Source of the DNA: an uncultured Candidatus Saccharibacteria bacterium
Lineage (GTDB): Bacteria; Patescibacteriota; Minisyncoccia; Phycocordibacterales; CAIZIN01
Assembly: GCA_964472605.1 (NCBI GenBank)
Contig: CAYYLG010000001.1
Location: 11,119 to 66,160 of the forward strand
Length of the DNA: 55,042 bases
Direction: 5' to 3'
In this document: piece by piece, positions 1 through 7,987 of the stretch
How the letters are laid out: the number at the start of each line of letters is the position of its first letter
Position numbering within the stretch: position 1 is the stretch's first letter
Notes under the pieces: generated by a model
What the model was told of the DNA's origin: nothing
Database searches by the model: none
Seen by the model: the letters and a program-made list of their open reading frames with translations, nothing else
Translations under genes and position numbers: made by a program

Positions 1-48
1 GAAGATGGATCTGATATTGCTTTTGTTCCAGATAGGGTTGATGAATGA
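1..48 (+). CDS. 3' end of an upstream ORF (partial; ...AFVPDRVDE*)
   Basis: Frame 1 is open from the window edge. Stop TGA at 46-48 overlaps the next ATG (ATGA). Confidence 0.35.
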   Translation, partial: EDGSDIAFVPDRVDE

Positions 49-203
49 GAAATAAATACCCTGGAAAATGTTATGTATGTGGTAAATGGGTGGAAAAGGG
101 TCAGGGTCATTTTGAAAGATATAAAGGTAGTTGGCGAGTGCAATGTGCTTGTCATCCAATCGAAAAAATAAAGAGTATTTCTGAGGAAGAAAAAAATGTA
201 TGA
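45..203 (+). CDS. small Cys-rich (zinc-ribbon-like) protein, 52 aa
   Basis: ATG 45 overlaps the upstream stop. Translation is MRNKYPGKCYVCGKW...RVQCACHP, with a CxxC...CxC pattern. It is below the ORF-track length cutoff. Confidence 0.5.
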   Translation: MRNKYPGKCYVCGKWVEKGQGHFERYKGSWRVQCACHPIEKIKSISEEEKNV

Positions 204-231
204 CTCAATGGACATGGGATAGAAATTTTAG

Positions 232-272
232 TGGCCAATAAGACTTGACTTTCACTTCCTATCGTATAAGAT
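232..272 (+). promoter_or_regulatory. promoter, TGGCCAA-N-TTGAC class
   Basis: TGGCCAA 232-238, TTGACT 245-250, possible -10 TAAGAT 267-272. It lies upstream of the 358 gene and tmRNA. Confidence 0.5.
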
Positions 273-357
273 TTTTACAAGATTGATTGAGGGGGTATGC
301 TCTATGTTGCATCGACAGACAGTCTTCTAAGTTACTTCAACTTAGGAGGCTTGAAAC

Positions 358-720
358 ATGTCCAGAAGTTACAAAAAGTATCCGTGCATTAAGGATTGCT
401 CCAAACACGGAAAACGTTTTGCAAACAAAAGAGTTCGCAGAACAAAAGACCTTCCAGACGGAAAAGCTTACAGAAAAGTCTACAATCCTTGGGATATTTC
501 TGATTGGTCTTTTTCCAAAACATGGAATGAATACTGGAGGGAACAAATACAGGATTGGGGATTGAGGTATCTTCCTTATCGCTGGAGTAACAAACCTCGT
601 GGTTATTGCGCAGCATGGACTTTTAGGAAGCAACCTGAAACTCATTGGTCAAAACAAGATCCAAGGCTTCATGAAAAAAAACATAGAGGACTTTGGAGGC
701 TGATTTACTGTAAGAAATGA
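358..720 (+). CDS. hypothetical basic protein (K/R/W-rich), 120 aa
   Basis: AGGAGG lies about 7 nt upstream of the ATG, and the ORF is uninterrupted. No family recognised. Confidence 0.7.
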   Translation: MSRSYKKYPCIKDCSKHGKRFANKRVRRTKDLPDGKAYRKVYNPWDISDWSFSKTWNEYWREQIQDWGLRYLPYRWSNKPRGYCAAWTFRKQPETHWSKQDPRLHEKKHRGLWRLIYCKK

Positions 721-727
721 AAACTTT

Positions 728-1334
728 GGGGCCGACCGGTTTCGACGGGGGCAACAGAGATTGGAACTGCAAGCGGAGCATGTCGCATCATCTCCTAAAA
801 CTGTGTGGCAACCAATTAAACGGCGCTGACACTTCTCTCGCTGTTGCTGCCTAATTAGGCGGCTTGGGTTCTAGCCGACCTCGAAACAGAATGGCTAGTG
901 ACTGATGGAAAGTCATCGGACTGAGGGAAAGACCTCTGACGCCCTGGAAAGACTGGTGGTGGATCGGGAGAGGTCACACTCTCTGCCCTTGACGGTGGGA
1001 AAGACCACAACCTTGTTAGTGGGTTAAACTAACTAAGCTTGTAGGGGTTCTAATCAACGGGTTCTCGGACAGGGGTTCAATTGTAATGGTTGCTTTACTT
1101 CGAAAGAAGTATTGAAAAACTGGGTGAATTCAGGGAAAGCTAAGTTCTTTTAAGAATATGCCAATCCTGAGCCAAGCTATCAGTACACTGGTAGAAGGTG
1201 CAGAGACTACTGGAGAGATTAAGTCCTCTTAATAACCAGCTAGAGCGCCCAGCGTCCTAACGTAAAGACGAGGATGAAGAGATAGTCCAAGCCAAATTGA
1301 AAAATTTGGATAACTTGTCCCCTCGGCTCCACCA
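728..1334 (+). ncRNA. ssrA: tmRNA (transfer-messenger RNA), intron-interrupted
   Basis: The 5' end is GGGGCCGACCGGTTTCGACGGGGG. Acceptor 728-734 pairs with 1324-1330, including G3:U70, and CCA is encoded at 1332-1334. The tag reading frame 807-854 gives GNQLNGADTSLAVAA followed by TAA. The T stem AGGGG 1071-1075 / CCCCT 1319-1323 is split by 236 nt. Confidence 0.85.
1082..1317 (+). mobile_element. group I intron (ORF-less) in the tmRNA T-loop
   Basis: Removing it restores the 7-nt T-loop TTCAATT. The 5' exon ends in U (CAAT can pair with GTTG 1089-1092, with a U.G wobble at the splice site). The last intron nucleotide is G1317. There are two GAAA-capped hairpins (1096-1111, 1292-1309). P7-like strands are present: CAGAGACTA 1201-1209 and GATAGTCC 1281-1288. 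A CAGGGAAAG element is also present. Confidence 0.7.
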
Positions 1335-1356
1335 AATTTCTAGGGAAATTCCCTAC

Positions 1357-1398
1357 GGCTCCAGAATGTAATAGAAATGCATTCTGGAGCCTTTTATT
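1357..1398 (+). terminator. rho-independent terminator after tmRNA
   Basis: GGCTCCAGAATG...CATTCTGGAGCC forms a 12-bp stem and is followed by TTTTATT. Confidence 0.75.
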
Positions 1399-1911
1399 AT
1401 GGAAGTTAAATGTGAAAATTGCAATAAGTTGTTCAGTAAAAAGAAAGCGGAAATAACAAGATCTAAAAGACATTTTTGTTGTTTAAGCTGCTCTGTTACT
1501 TGGAATAATAGAAACACAAAAAGAGTTGGTGGTCAAAAAACTTTTATAGTAAAATATGCTAGTAATAAAAAAGACGATTACACACACTTTAGATTTTTTA
1601 AGAAATGTAGTAAAAATTCAAATAGAAAAGAAAGTAAAATAACTTTAAAGGATTTGAAAGATTGTTGGAATAAACAAGATGGAATTTGTCCTTATACTGG
1701 AATTAAATTAATTCTTCCTATTAGTACAAAAGGTTTTGATCCAGTAGTTTCAAAAATTTATAGAGCAAGTCTAGATCGAATTGATAGTTCTAAACCATAT
1801 GAAGTGGGTAACATACAATTTGTTTCGACTATGGCTAATTATGCCAAGAATAACTGTAGTCATGAAGAGATGATCAAGTTTTGTAAGGTAATAGCAGGCA
1901 ACTGGAAATAA
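1399..1911 (+). CDS. HNH/His-Me finger homing-endonuclease-like protein
   Basis: N-terminal CxxC...CxxC. The C-terminal motif SLDRIDSSKPYEVGNIQFVSTMANYAKN is paralogous to the C-terminus of ORF 21909-22652. Confidence 0.65.
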   Translation: MEVKCENCNKLFSKKKAEITRSKRHFCCLSCSVTWNNRNTKRVGGQKTFIVKYASNKKDDYTHFRFFKKCSKNSNRKESKITLKDLKDCWNKQDGICPYTGIKLILPISTKGFDPVVSKIYRASLDRIDSSKPYEVGNIQFVSTMANYAKNNCSHEEMIKFCKVIAGNWK

Positions 1912-1952
1912 TGGCCATGTGACTTGACTTACCCTCTTTTAGGTTGTAGTAT
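1912..1952 (+). promoter_or_regulatory. promoter, TGGCCAA-N-TTGAC class
   Basis: TGGCCAT 1912-1918, TTGACT 1924-1929, then a 17-nt spacer and TAGTAT 1947-1952. Confidence 0.55.
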
Positions 1953-1992
1953 TTACCTACTTGAGGGCGATTTCTTTTTTGGATCAATAAAA

Positions 1993-3294
1993 TTGGCTAA
2001 AGATAAAAATCTTGGTATTCCTAAGTCTCAAATTGAGGAAGATTTTCCGGGTATTGAATGTGATTGGATCGAGGAAAGAGATCTTGAAGCTCAGTGGATG
2101 AAAACTTATAATGAAGTATTAGAGTTTGTAAAAGAAAATAAAAAACTTCCGCCAGACGATTCTTCTTATGGGCGTTGGTGTTCCACTCAAAGGACAGTTT
2201 TTAAAGGTAAATCAAGAGGAATATTGAATGAGAGAAGGGTTGATCTTTTAGAAAAACTTCCCTATAATGTTTGGTTTTGGGACTATAACAATAAAGCTTC
2301 TGCTGAACAACATCGTGAATGGATTCAGTTAGAAAAATGTGGGAGAGTTCAGTGGGAGAATGAAATTTGGAAAAAATATAAAAATCAAGGTGCATTATCT
2401 CATGCTTGTTCTAAATTTAATAAAGATTGGAACTGGTTTACTGGCATTCCAGACAAAGCTTCTGCTGAACAACATCGTGAATGGATTCAAAAAGAAAAAT
2501 GTTCTTGTGAAAAATGGAGAAAAAAAATTCATAAAAAATATTTAGATCAAGGTGCTGTTGTAGACCCTAGAAAAACATTTAATCTTCCTGCAAAATGGTT
2601 TATTAGAGAGATTAAATCATTAAAAGAACATGTAGAAAAAATAAGAGAATTGGGATGCGAAACACTCTCTCAATATAGGTTTTTATATAAAAAATTCTCT
2701 TTAAATGAGAATGATTTTATATTAGACGTAAAAAAATATTTCAAAAAAGACGATGAATATTTTACTGGTATTAAAAAAATACAACCAACATTTGAAAAAT
2801 ATATAAACTGGATGGTCGAAGAAAAATGTTATAGATACTATTCTTGGAAAAAATACTGGAAGAAGTACAGAGATCTTGGGGCGACAATTCTCCCTCATCG
2901 ACAATTGAATATTAGTGAGAAAACATTTCAAGATAAGCTAGACAAAGAATTAGGAAATAAACATGCTAGTGTAGATCAACATAGGGAGTGGATTTCAAAA
3001 GAAAGATGCACCATAAATGAATGGAGAACTATTATCTATAAAAAATACTCTCATCTAGGATCTCATTGTATGCCCGAGAAGTTGTATAACAAAAAACCAT
3101 CTTGGTTTACTGGGAACAAGGAGCAATGTAGGAGTAGAATTGTAAACTTGGATACAGGAGAAATTTTTGATTCTGTACCAGAAGCAGCCAACAAAACAGG
3201 GATCGGTAGATCCGGTATAGCTAACGTTTTATGCGGAAGGGCCAAAACCGCAGGTGGATATCGTTGGGAAAAGATCGAGGTCGAAGATGAGTAA
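1993..3294 (+). CDS. helicase-associated (HA) domain protein with ~54-aa internal repeats and a C-terminal NUMOD/IENR-like HTH
   Basis: The ORF is open from 1924, but a promoter overlaps 1924-1952, so the start was set at in-frame TTG 1993 (uncertain). An HA-like segment reads WMKTYNEVLEFVKENKKLP...WCSTQR...LLEKL. The repeated module is ASAEQHREWIQ.EKC...KKY..G. The C-terminus FDSVPEAANKTGIGRSGIANVLCGRAKTAGGYRW resembles DNA-binding tails of phage homing endonucleases. Confidence 0.6.
   Translation: MAKDKNLGIPKSQIEEDFPGIECDWIEERDLEAQWMKTYNEVLEFVKENKKLPPDDSSYGRWCSTQRTVFKGKSRGILNERRVDLLEKLPYNVWFWDYNNKASAEQHREWIQLEKCGRVQWENEIWKKYKNQGALSHACSKFNKDWNWFTGIPDKASAEQHREWIQKEKCSCEKWRKKIHKKYLDQGAVVDPRKTFNLPAKWFIREIKSLKEHVEKIRELGCETLSQYRFLYKKFSLNENDFILDVKKYFKKDDEYFTGIKKIQPTFEKYINWMVEEKCYRYYSWKKYWKKYRDLGATILPHRQLNISEKTFQDKLDKELGNKHASVDQHREWISKERCTINEWRTIIYKKYSHLGSHCMPEKLYNKKPSWFTGNKEQCRSRIVNLDTGEIFDSVPEAANKTGIGRSGIANVLCGRAKTAGGYRWEKIEVEDE
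2293..2502 (+). repeat. in-gene tandem duplication (162-nt period)
   Basis: The 35-nt string AAAGCTTCTGCTGAACAACATCGTGAATGGATTCA is identical at 2293-2327 and 2455-2489. AGAAAAATGT is also shared just downstream. Confidence 0.85.
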
Positions 3295-3988
3295 TCTACA
3301 TTCAGACTACAAACGCCTTCCTTTCTATAAATGCGAACGAAAGTTTGCGGATAGAAAACTTGGAATTATTGACACTTATAGAGAAATATTCAACAGACAA
3401 AGCGTTCCTAAAGATCAACAATATTGGTGTGTTTGTGCTCAGCAATGTGATGAAAACAATCCAAAAAGAGAACCGGGATCTGAATGTATGCAAATGATTG
3501 ATTCTGGTCTTATCACTCCTGAACAATGGCGTGGGGTAGATTGGGAAGAAGATCTGATTGAATTAAATAAGAGTGTATATCCCGAGATTTCTTGGACTTA
3601 TGGTGAATTGAGAGGGGTTATGGCTGAAGCTTGGCGGAATGAATCATTTAATCCCGCAATTATAAATTGTGATCTTCTTACTATGAAGAAAAAAAGTTGT
3701 ACTATTGTAGCCGCTATTATATCAATGCTTTTAGAAAGAGACATTACCAACTGTATGCTGGTAATGAATTCAGTTCTTTCTACTTGGCATCATAGAGAAG
3801 CAGAAGGGAATGCGGGTGGCGAGTTACAGGATCACATACATTTTCTTTCAAAAGATTTAGATTTTGCAATTGCTTTAATAGAAAAAAATTGGACTGTTTT
3901 TCCTAAAGCCTATTCTTATCCCGGAACAAAAGGTTCAGCTTCAACAATGGGTTCAATTGTCATTTACAGAAAAGAAGACCAATGCTAA
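3287..3988 (+). CDS. hypothetical protein (233 aa)
   Basis: ATG 3287 overlaps the upstream stop; the ORF track opens at 3254. No family recognised. Confidence 0.6.
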   Translation: MSNLHSDYKRLPFYKCERKFADRKLGIIDTYREIFNRQSVPKDQQYWCVCAQQCDENNPKREPGSECMQMIDSGLITPEQWRGVDWEEDLIELNKSVYPEISWTYGELRGVMAEAWRNESFNPAIINCDLLTMKKKSCTIVAAIISMLLERDITNCMLVMNSVLSTWHHREAEGNAGGELQDHIHFLSKDLDFAIALIEKNWTVFPKAYSYPGTKGSASTMGSIVIYRKEDQC

Positions 3989-6084
3989 TAAGCAAAAGAA
4001 ATGATTTTACTGGTAGGCGTGGTGTTGTCAGTAGACACAAAGTGTGGACTGATAAAAAAGCTATCCAGGAATTAATCAATAGTTTTTCATCTGAAGTTAA
4101 AGTTCTTCGTCCTTGGCAACAGAAGGCTTATAAAGTATATTCAGAAATGGATTGCAGACATTTTAGAATTCGTGCTTCTACTGGAAGTGGAAAAACTCTT
4201 CTTGCTAAAGCATTAATACTTAAATATTTGGAAGATAATCCGAACTGTATAGCTATTGTATCAGTTCCTCTTCTTGCTGTTTCATTTGGTTTTACAAAAA
4301 AAGAATCATTTAAGCTTGATAAAAATACTATAAATATTAATAGTCTAATCCCGAGAAAAGAACATAATTTTGCAGCAGCAGAAGAATATGTTGGATGCGA
4401 TAGTAAAATGAAAGATTTTGAAAGGGCTATTAAAAGCAGGACCGGTGTGGCTGCTAAGAATAGAACTTTTATTATTAGTCATGCCATTCTTTCAAAATTA
4501 GATCCAAAAAAATTAGAAAATTGTTTACTTATAGTGGATGAAGTTCATCATTCACTTGCTGTAGACAATAATATTTGTAATGGTATTGGAAAAAGAATTT
4601 CTTATTGCTGTGAAAAGGCAGAAGAAAAAAATATTGCAATGATTCATTTGACTGCCACACCAATTAGGGCAGATGGTGGATCTCTTGTCCCTGAAAAATA
4701 TGATAAAGATTTTAAATGTTTTGATCTTTACACCAATGATCACTTATATGAAAATTGTGCTGGAATGAGTTTTACATATGATTATTTTTTTCATGAAGGT
4801 GATTATCTTGGTGAAAACGGAGCCATTTCTAAGTTTTATAGTTATGAAAAACTTCCTCCTACAATTATTATTTTTCCACATACAAGTAGTACAAAATATG
4901 CCCCCTTTATCAAAGATAAAGAAATGTGGGTTAGAAAATCTATTGAAGCTATTGTTGGAAGAAAAATTTCAACAAAGAAAATATATACTAAAAAAGATGG
5001 AAAAGATAACAATCCTGATGTTCATGTGGATGAAGATGGAGTGATGAATATTCACAATGGTAAAAGGAATATTAGAATTGTTGATCTTTTAAACGGAGAA
5101 GGAGAAAATCAAAAACGAAGAAAAAAACTAACATCTTGGGTTTCTGACAGAAAAAATGGAGATACTGTTGATGTTGTTCTTGGCATGATGATTCCAAGGG
5201 AGGGATTTGATTGGGAAAGGGCAAGCAGGCTTATCCTTATTGGATATCAAAGTTCTCTTGTTCAAGTTCTCCAAATTATTGGTAGATTATTTAGGTTTCA
5301 TGAAGAAAAACTAGCAAATGGAAACATTGTTCAAATGTGTCAACTTTTCCCTTTTGTTGATCCTAAAAAATTAAAAGTAAACGAAATGGATTCAAAAGTT
5401 GGAGATTTTATGAATACTATTTTAATGTCAATGGTTATTGAAGCTATTTTTTCACCTCCAAACATTATTTATAAAATGAAAGGAAAGGAGAATAAAAAAA
5501 TACAAAAAAATAATGTTATGACTATTTTTATCAATAAGATTGGTGAAAGTAAAGCAATTTCAATTATCAACAAGTGCTTTTTAGAAGTTCTTATTGTAAA
5601 AAATATGTTTGCTCATAAAACAGAAACAGAAAAAACATCTATTCTTAAAAAAAGATTGTTTCAAATTCTTGGCGATCATAATGTCCCTACTGATTTAAAA
5701 GAACTAATGGTGGACTGTGTTGTTCAAATTGATAAAAATAGATCTTTTAATTCAAAAAAGATTATTTCTCCTAAACCAGGAATGGATGTCTCTGATCTTG
5801 AAGATATAGATACATTAAATAAGGTTATTTCTGGTGAGTGGGTAGAGCACTATTCAAATACGACTGACATAAAACTTCTTGATAGAATTCAAATAAGACT
5901 TACAAAAAGTAGGAATATGTTTAAATATCGTGAAATGAAAAAATGGTTTGATGCACATGGTAAAAGAAGACCCAATTCCAAATCTTCTGATCCAGAAGAG
6001 GCAAAACATGGAAAATTTTATGATTATATTTTAAAAAAGGAAAAGCAATCTCAAAGAAGAGGAGAGGAGTTCATTTTAAGATGA
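3982..6084 (+). CDS. SF2 DEAD/DEAH-box (Res-like) helicase
   Basis: Motif I ASTGSGKT, motif II LIVDEVHH, motif III LTATPIR, motif VI QIIGRLFR. Confidence 0.8.
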   Translation: MLISKRNDFTGRRGVVSRHKVWTDKKAIQELINSFSSEVKVLRPWQQKAYKVYSEMDCRHFRIRASTGSGKTLLAKALILKYLEDNPNCIAIVSVPLLAVSFGFTKKESFKLDKNTININSLIPRKEHNFAAAEEYVGCDSKMKDFERAIKSRTGVAAKNRTFIISHAILSKLDPKKLENCLLIVDEVHHSLAVDNNICNGIGKRISYCCEKAEEKNIAMIHLTATPIRADGGSLVPEKYDKDFKCFDLYTNDHLYENCAGMSFTYDYFFHEGDYLGENGAISKFYSYEKLPPTIIIFPHTSSTKYAPFIKDKEMWVRKSIEAIVGRKISTKKIYTKKDGKDNNPDVHVDEDGVMNIHNGKRNIRIVDLLNGEGENQKRRKKLTSWVSDRKNGDTVDVVLGMMIPREGFDWERASRLILIGYQSSLVQVLQIIGRLFRFHEEKLANGNIVQMCQLFPFVDPKKLKVNEMDSKVGDFMNTILMSMVIEAIFSPPNIIYKMKGKENKKIQKNNVMTIFINKIGESKAISIINKCFLEVLIVKNMFAHKTETEKTSILKKRLFQILGDHNVPTDLKELMVDCVVQIDKNRSFNSKKIISPKPGMDVSDLEDIDTLNKVISGEWVEHYSNTTDIKLLDRIQIRLTKSRNMFKYREMKKWFDAHGKRRPNSKSSDPEEAKHGKFYDYILKKEKQSQRRGEEFILR

Positions 6085-6953
6085 TTACTAAATCTATTAT
6101 TGAAGAGGATTTTCCTTGTATTTCACAAGACTGGCTTTATAGTCTTGATAAAACTTGGTATTTATATTTAGAAAGACTAAAACATATATTAAAACAAAAT
6201 GAAAATAAGATTCCTTCTGTTCATTCAAAAAATGAAGAAGAACGAATAGTAGCAGCATGGTGTAATAATCAAAGACAAAAAAGAAAAAAGGGAATTCTTT
6301 CCCAAGAAAAAATTAATATTCTTAATAATATTGATGCTTGGTATTGGGAAACCGAAGATTTTTATAATAAATGGAAAAAAACTTATGAAGAAGTAAGTAA
6401 TTTTTTGAAATTAAATAAAAGAAATCCATCTATTACTTCTAAGAATCTTGATGAAGTAAGAATTGCAACTTGGTGTCATCGTCAAAGGGCTTTAAAAAAA
6501 AAGTATGATGATATTTCTAGAAAAAATAGAGGGATAATGGATCAAAATAGAATAAATCTTCTTGAAAAATTGCCAGGATGGACTTGGGCATTAGAAGATA
6601 AATGGGATATTAATTTTGAAAAATTTAAAAAAGTAGTTGAAGAAAAAAAGAGACTTCCGATGAAGGGTGAGCACCTTTATAATTGGATGCAAACTCAGAA
6701 AAAAGCTTATGTAGGAAAGGGACAGGGCGCTTATATTGATGAGTATAGAAAGAGTAAGTTAGAGTCAATTAAAGAATGGATTTGGTGTAATAAAAAAATT
6801 GTATGGAAAAACTTAGATACAAATAAAGAATTTATGTCTTCTAAAGATGCTGCTGAATCTGTTGGTATTAAATACCCAAATATAATTCTTGCAGCAAAAA
6901 ATGGTAGAAAAGCAGGTGGTTATCGTTGGGCTCGAATAGAAGTGGCCGAATAA
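6081..6953 (+). CDS. protein with three helicase-associated (HA) repeats and a C-terminal NUMOD/IENR-like HTH
   Basis: Three repeats follow the pattern W..Y..L......P........W...QR....G.L......LL....W.W. The C-terminus FMSSKDAAESVGIKYPNIILAAKNGRKAGGYRW parallels the end of ORF 1993-3294. Confidence 0.65.
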   Translation: MITKSIIEEDFPCISQDWLYSLDKTWYLYLERLKHILKQNENKIPSVHSKNEEERIVAAWCNNQRQKRKKGILSQEKINILNNIDAWYWETEDFYNKWKKTYEEVSNFLKLNKRNPSITSKNLDEVRIATWCHRQRALKKKYDDISRKNRGIMDQNRINLLEKLPGWTWALEDKWDINFEKFKKVVEEKKRLPMKGEHLYNWMQTQKKAYVGKGQGAYIDEYRKSKLESIKEWIWCNKKIVWKNLDTNKEFMSSKDAAESVGIKYPNIILAAKNGRKAGGYRWARIEVAE

Positions 6954-6960
6954 CTTGACA
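6943..6960 (+). promoter_or_regulatory. promoter motif, TGGCCAA-N-TTGAC class
   Basis: TGGCCGA 6943-6949 and TTGACA 6955-6960 overlap the upstream stop codon. The -10 element is unclear. Confidence 0.45.
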
Positions 6961-7009
6961 GTCGTGCAGAATCATAGTCTGATAAAATTATCAGTTAAGG
7001 AAACCTAAA

Positions 7010-7216
7010 ATGAAAGAAAAAACAGCAGGGCAAAAGGCAGCAGAAACAAGACGTAAAAACATTGAAGCCATGACACCAGCACAAAGAGCAGAAGTTACTC
7101 GCAAGCGTCGTGAAGCAGCCAAGAAAGCAGTTGAAACAAAGAAACAAAATGAATTGAAAGCAAAACGTTCTGAAGCAGCCAAGAAAGCTTGGGAAACTAG
7201 AAGAGCAAATGCTTGA
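7010..7216 (+). CDS. small highly basic protein with repeated EAAKKA(V/W)ET(K/R) motif
   Basis: AAGGAAACC lies upstream of the ATG. The 68-aa ORF is locally GC-richer than its neighbours. Confidence 0.6.
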   Translation: MKEKTAGQKAAETRRKNIEAMTPAQRAEVTRKRREAAKKAVETKKQNELKAKRSEAAKKAWETRRANA

Positions 7217-7225
7217 TTGAACTTT

Positions 7226-7375
7226 GGGAGTGATCCACTATTGGTATCGTGGTTGTCGCCAAAAAACGGCACGGTAGGGTAGCAGAAACGAATGATATAC
7301 TAGTCCATTTCATTTGAATCTGTCCGAAATGGGGGACAAGCCTGTTCCTTGTGGGTTCAATTCCCACCACTTCCA
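7226..7375 (+). tRNA. aberrant 150-nt tRNA-like gene (acceptor, D and T arms canonical; anticodon domain unresolved)
   Basis: The acceptor GGGAGTG / CACTTCC has G3:U70 and discriminator A, with no encoded CCA. The D arm is CCAC-TATTGGTATC-GTGG. The T arm is GTGGG-TTCAATT-CCCAC. About 95 nt lie between them and contain hairpins TGTCG/CGGCA (8-nt loop CCAAAAAA), CCATTTC/GAAATGG (14-nt loop) and GGGGACA/TGTTCCT. Confidence 0.5.
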
Positions 7376-7391
7376 ATTTAAAAGATTAAAA

Positions 7392-7691
7392 ATGAAATAT
7401 ACATTAGAAGAAATAAAAAAACTCATAAAAGAATGTGAGCAAAGGGCTGAAAATAAAGAAAAACCTGTTCTTGATTGGGTTGATTATGAAGATCAATATG
7501 ATCACACTCTTGTTGATGGAGGTTGGACAGCAGCAGGTGCTATAGTTGGATATCCTGTAGATCAAACTACATTTTGTTCTGTTCACTATCTTCCTTATGA
7601 AGAGTATTGTATTTCAACAAGAGGAACAATTGCTGCAATGTTACTTGCTGAAGCTTTAATCAAAAGAGAAACTAAAAAATTATTTGAGTAA
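7392..7691 (+). CDS. hypothetical protein (99 aa)
   Basis: ATG 7392 lies just after the tRNA-like gene. The upstream part of the track ORF overlaps that RNA. Confidence 0.6.
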   Translation: MKYTLEEIKKLIKECEQRAENKEKPVLDWVDYEDQYDHTLVDGGWTAAGAIVGYPVDQTTFCSVHYLPYEEYCISTRGTIAAMLLAEALIKRETKKLFE

Positions 7692-7696
7692 TAACT

Positions 7697-7939
7697 ATGA
7701 AAAGAGAACATAAACATAATAAACTCTTTAGAGTTTTAAGGTTTATGAAAGTATGTGGTGACCACATCTCTGATGAAAATACTTGTGTTTATGATATTTA
7801 TTTAAATCCTTACAACCCATTGTCTTGGTTCTTTGCTATTATACAATTTGGAATAGCAGTTTTATTAAATGGAATTATATCAATTCCTGAAGCCTATAAG
7901 GAAACTGTTAATCTATTTAAAAATTACTATAAAACTTAA
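7697..7939 (+). CDS. small membrane protein (1 predicted TM)
   Basis: Contains the hydrophobic segment LSWFFAIIQFGIAVLLNGIISI. Confidence 0.55.
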   Translation: MKREHKHNKLFRVLRFMKVCGDHISDENTCVYDIYLNPYNPLSWFFAIIQFGIAVLLNGIISIPEAYKETVNLFKNYYKT

Positions 7940-7987
7940 ATGTCTTTTTAATTGATTTACCATTTTTTTCTTCTTTTTGGATGATGA

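Noticed and set aside
2339-2545. Alternative-frame + strand ORFs nested inside larger genes (2339-2545, 4778-5044, 10454-10663, 18298-18501, 19877-20071, 22766-23008, 25863-26063, 27545-27757, 30953-31135, 31208-31408, 41579-41800)
   Set aside because: Each lies within a longer ORF that has recognisable motifs or better context. Their translations are low-complexity and lack start signals.
6991-7272. 93-aa minus-strand ORF. The same reasoning applies to minus-strand ORFs 9317-9655, 16839-17252, 37389-37691, 39775-40065 and 40259-40519.
   Set aside because: They are antisense shadows of + strand genes, and one overlaps the tRNA-like gene. Every credible gene, SD site, promoter and terminator in the window is on the + strand.
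7351-7375. tRNA 3' half as a phage attachment site (attP)
   Set aside because: A matching 5' acceptor strand and D arm are present upstream, so this is not just a 3' fragment. No integrase or recombinase gene is visible in the window.
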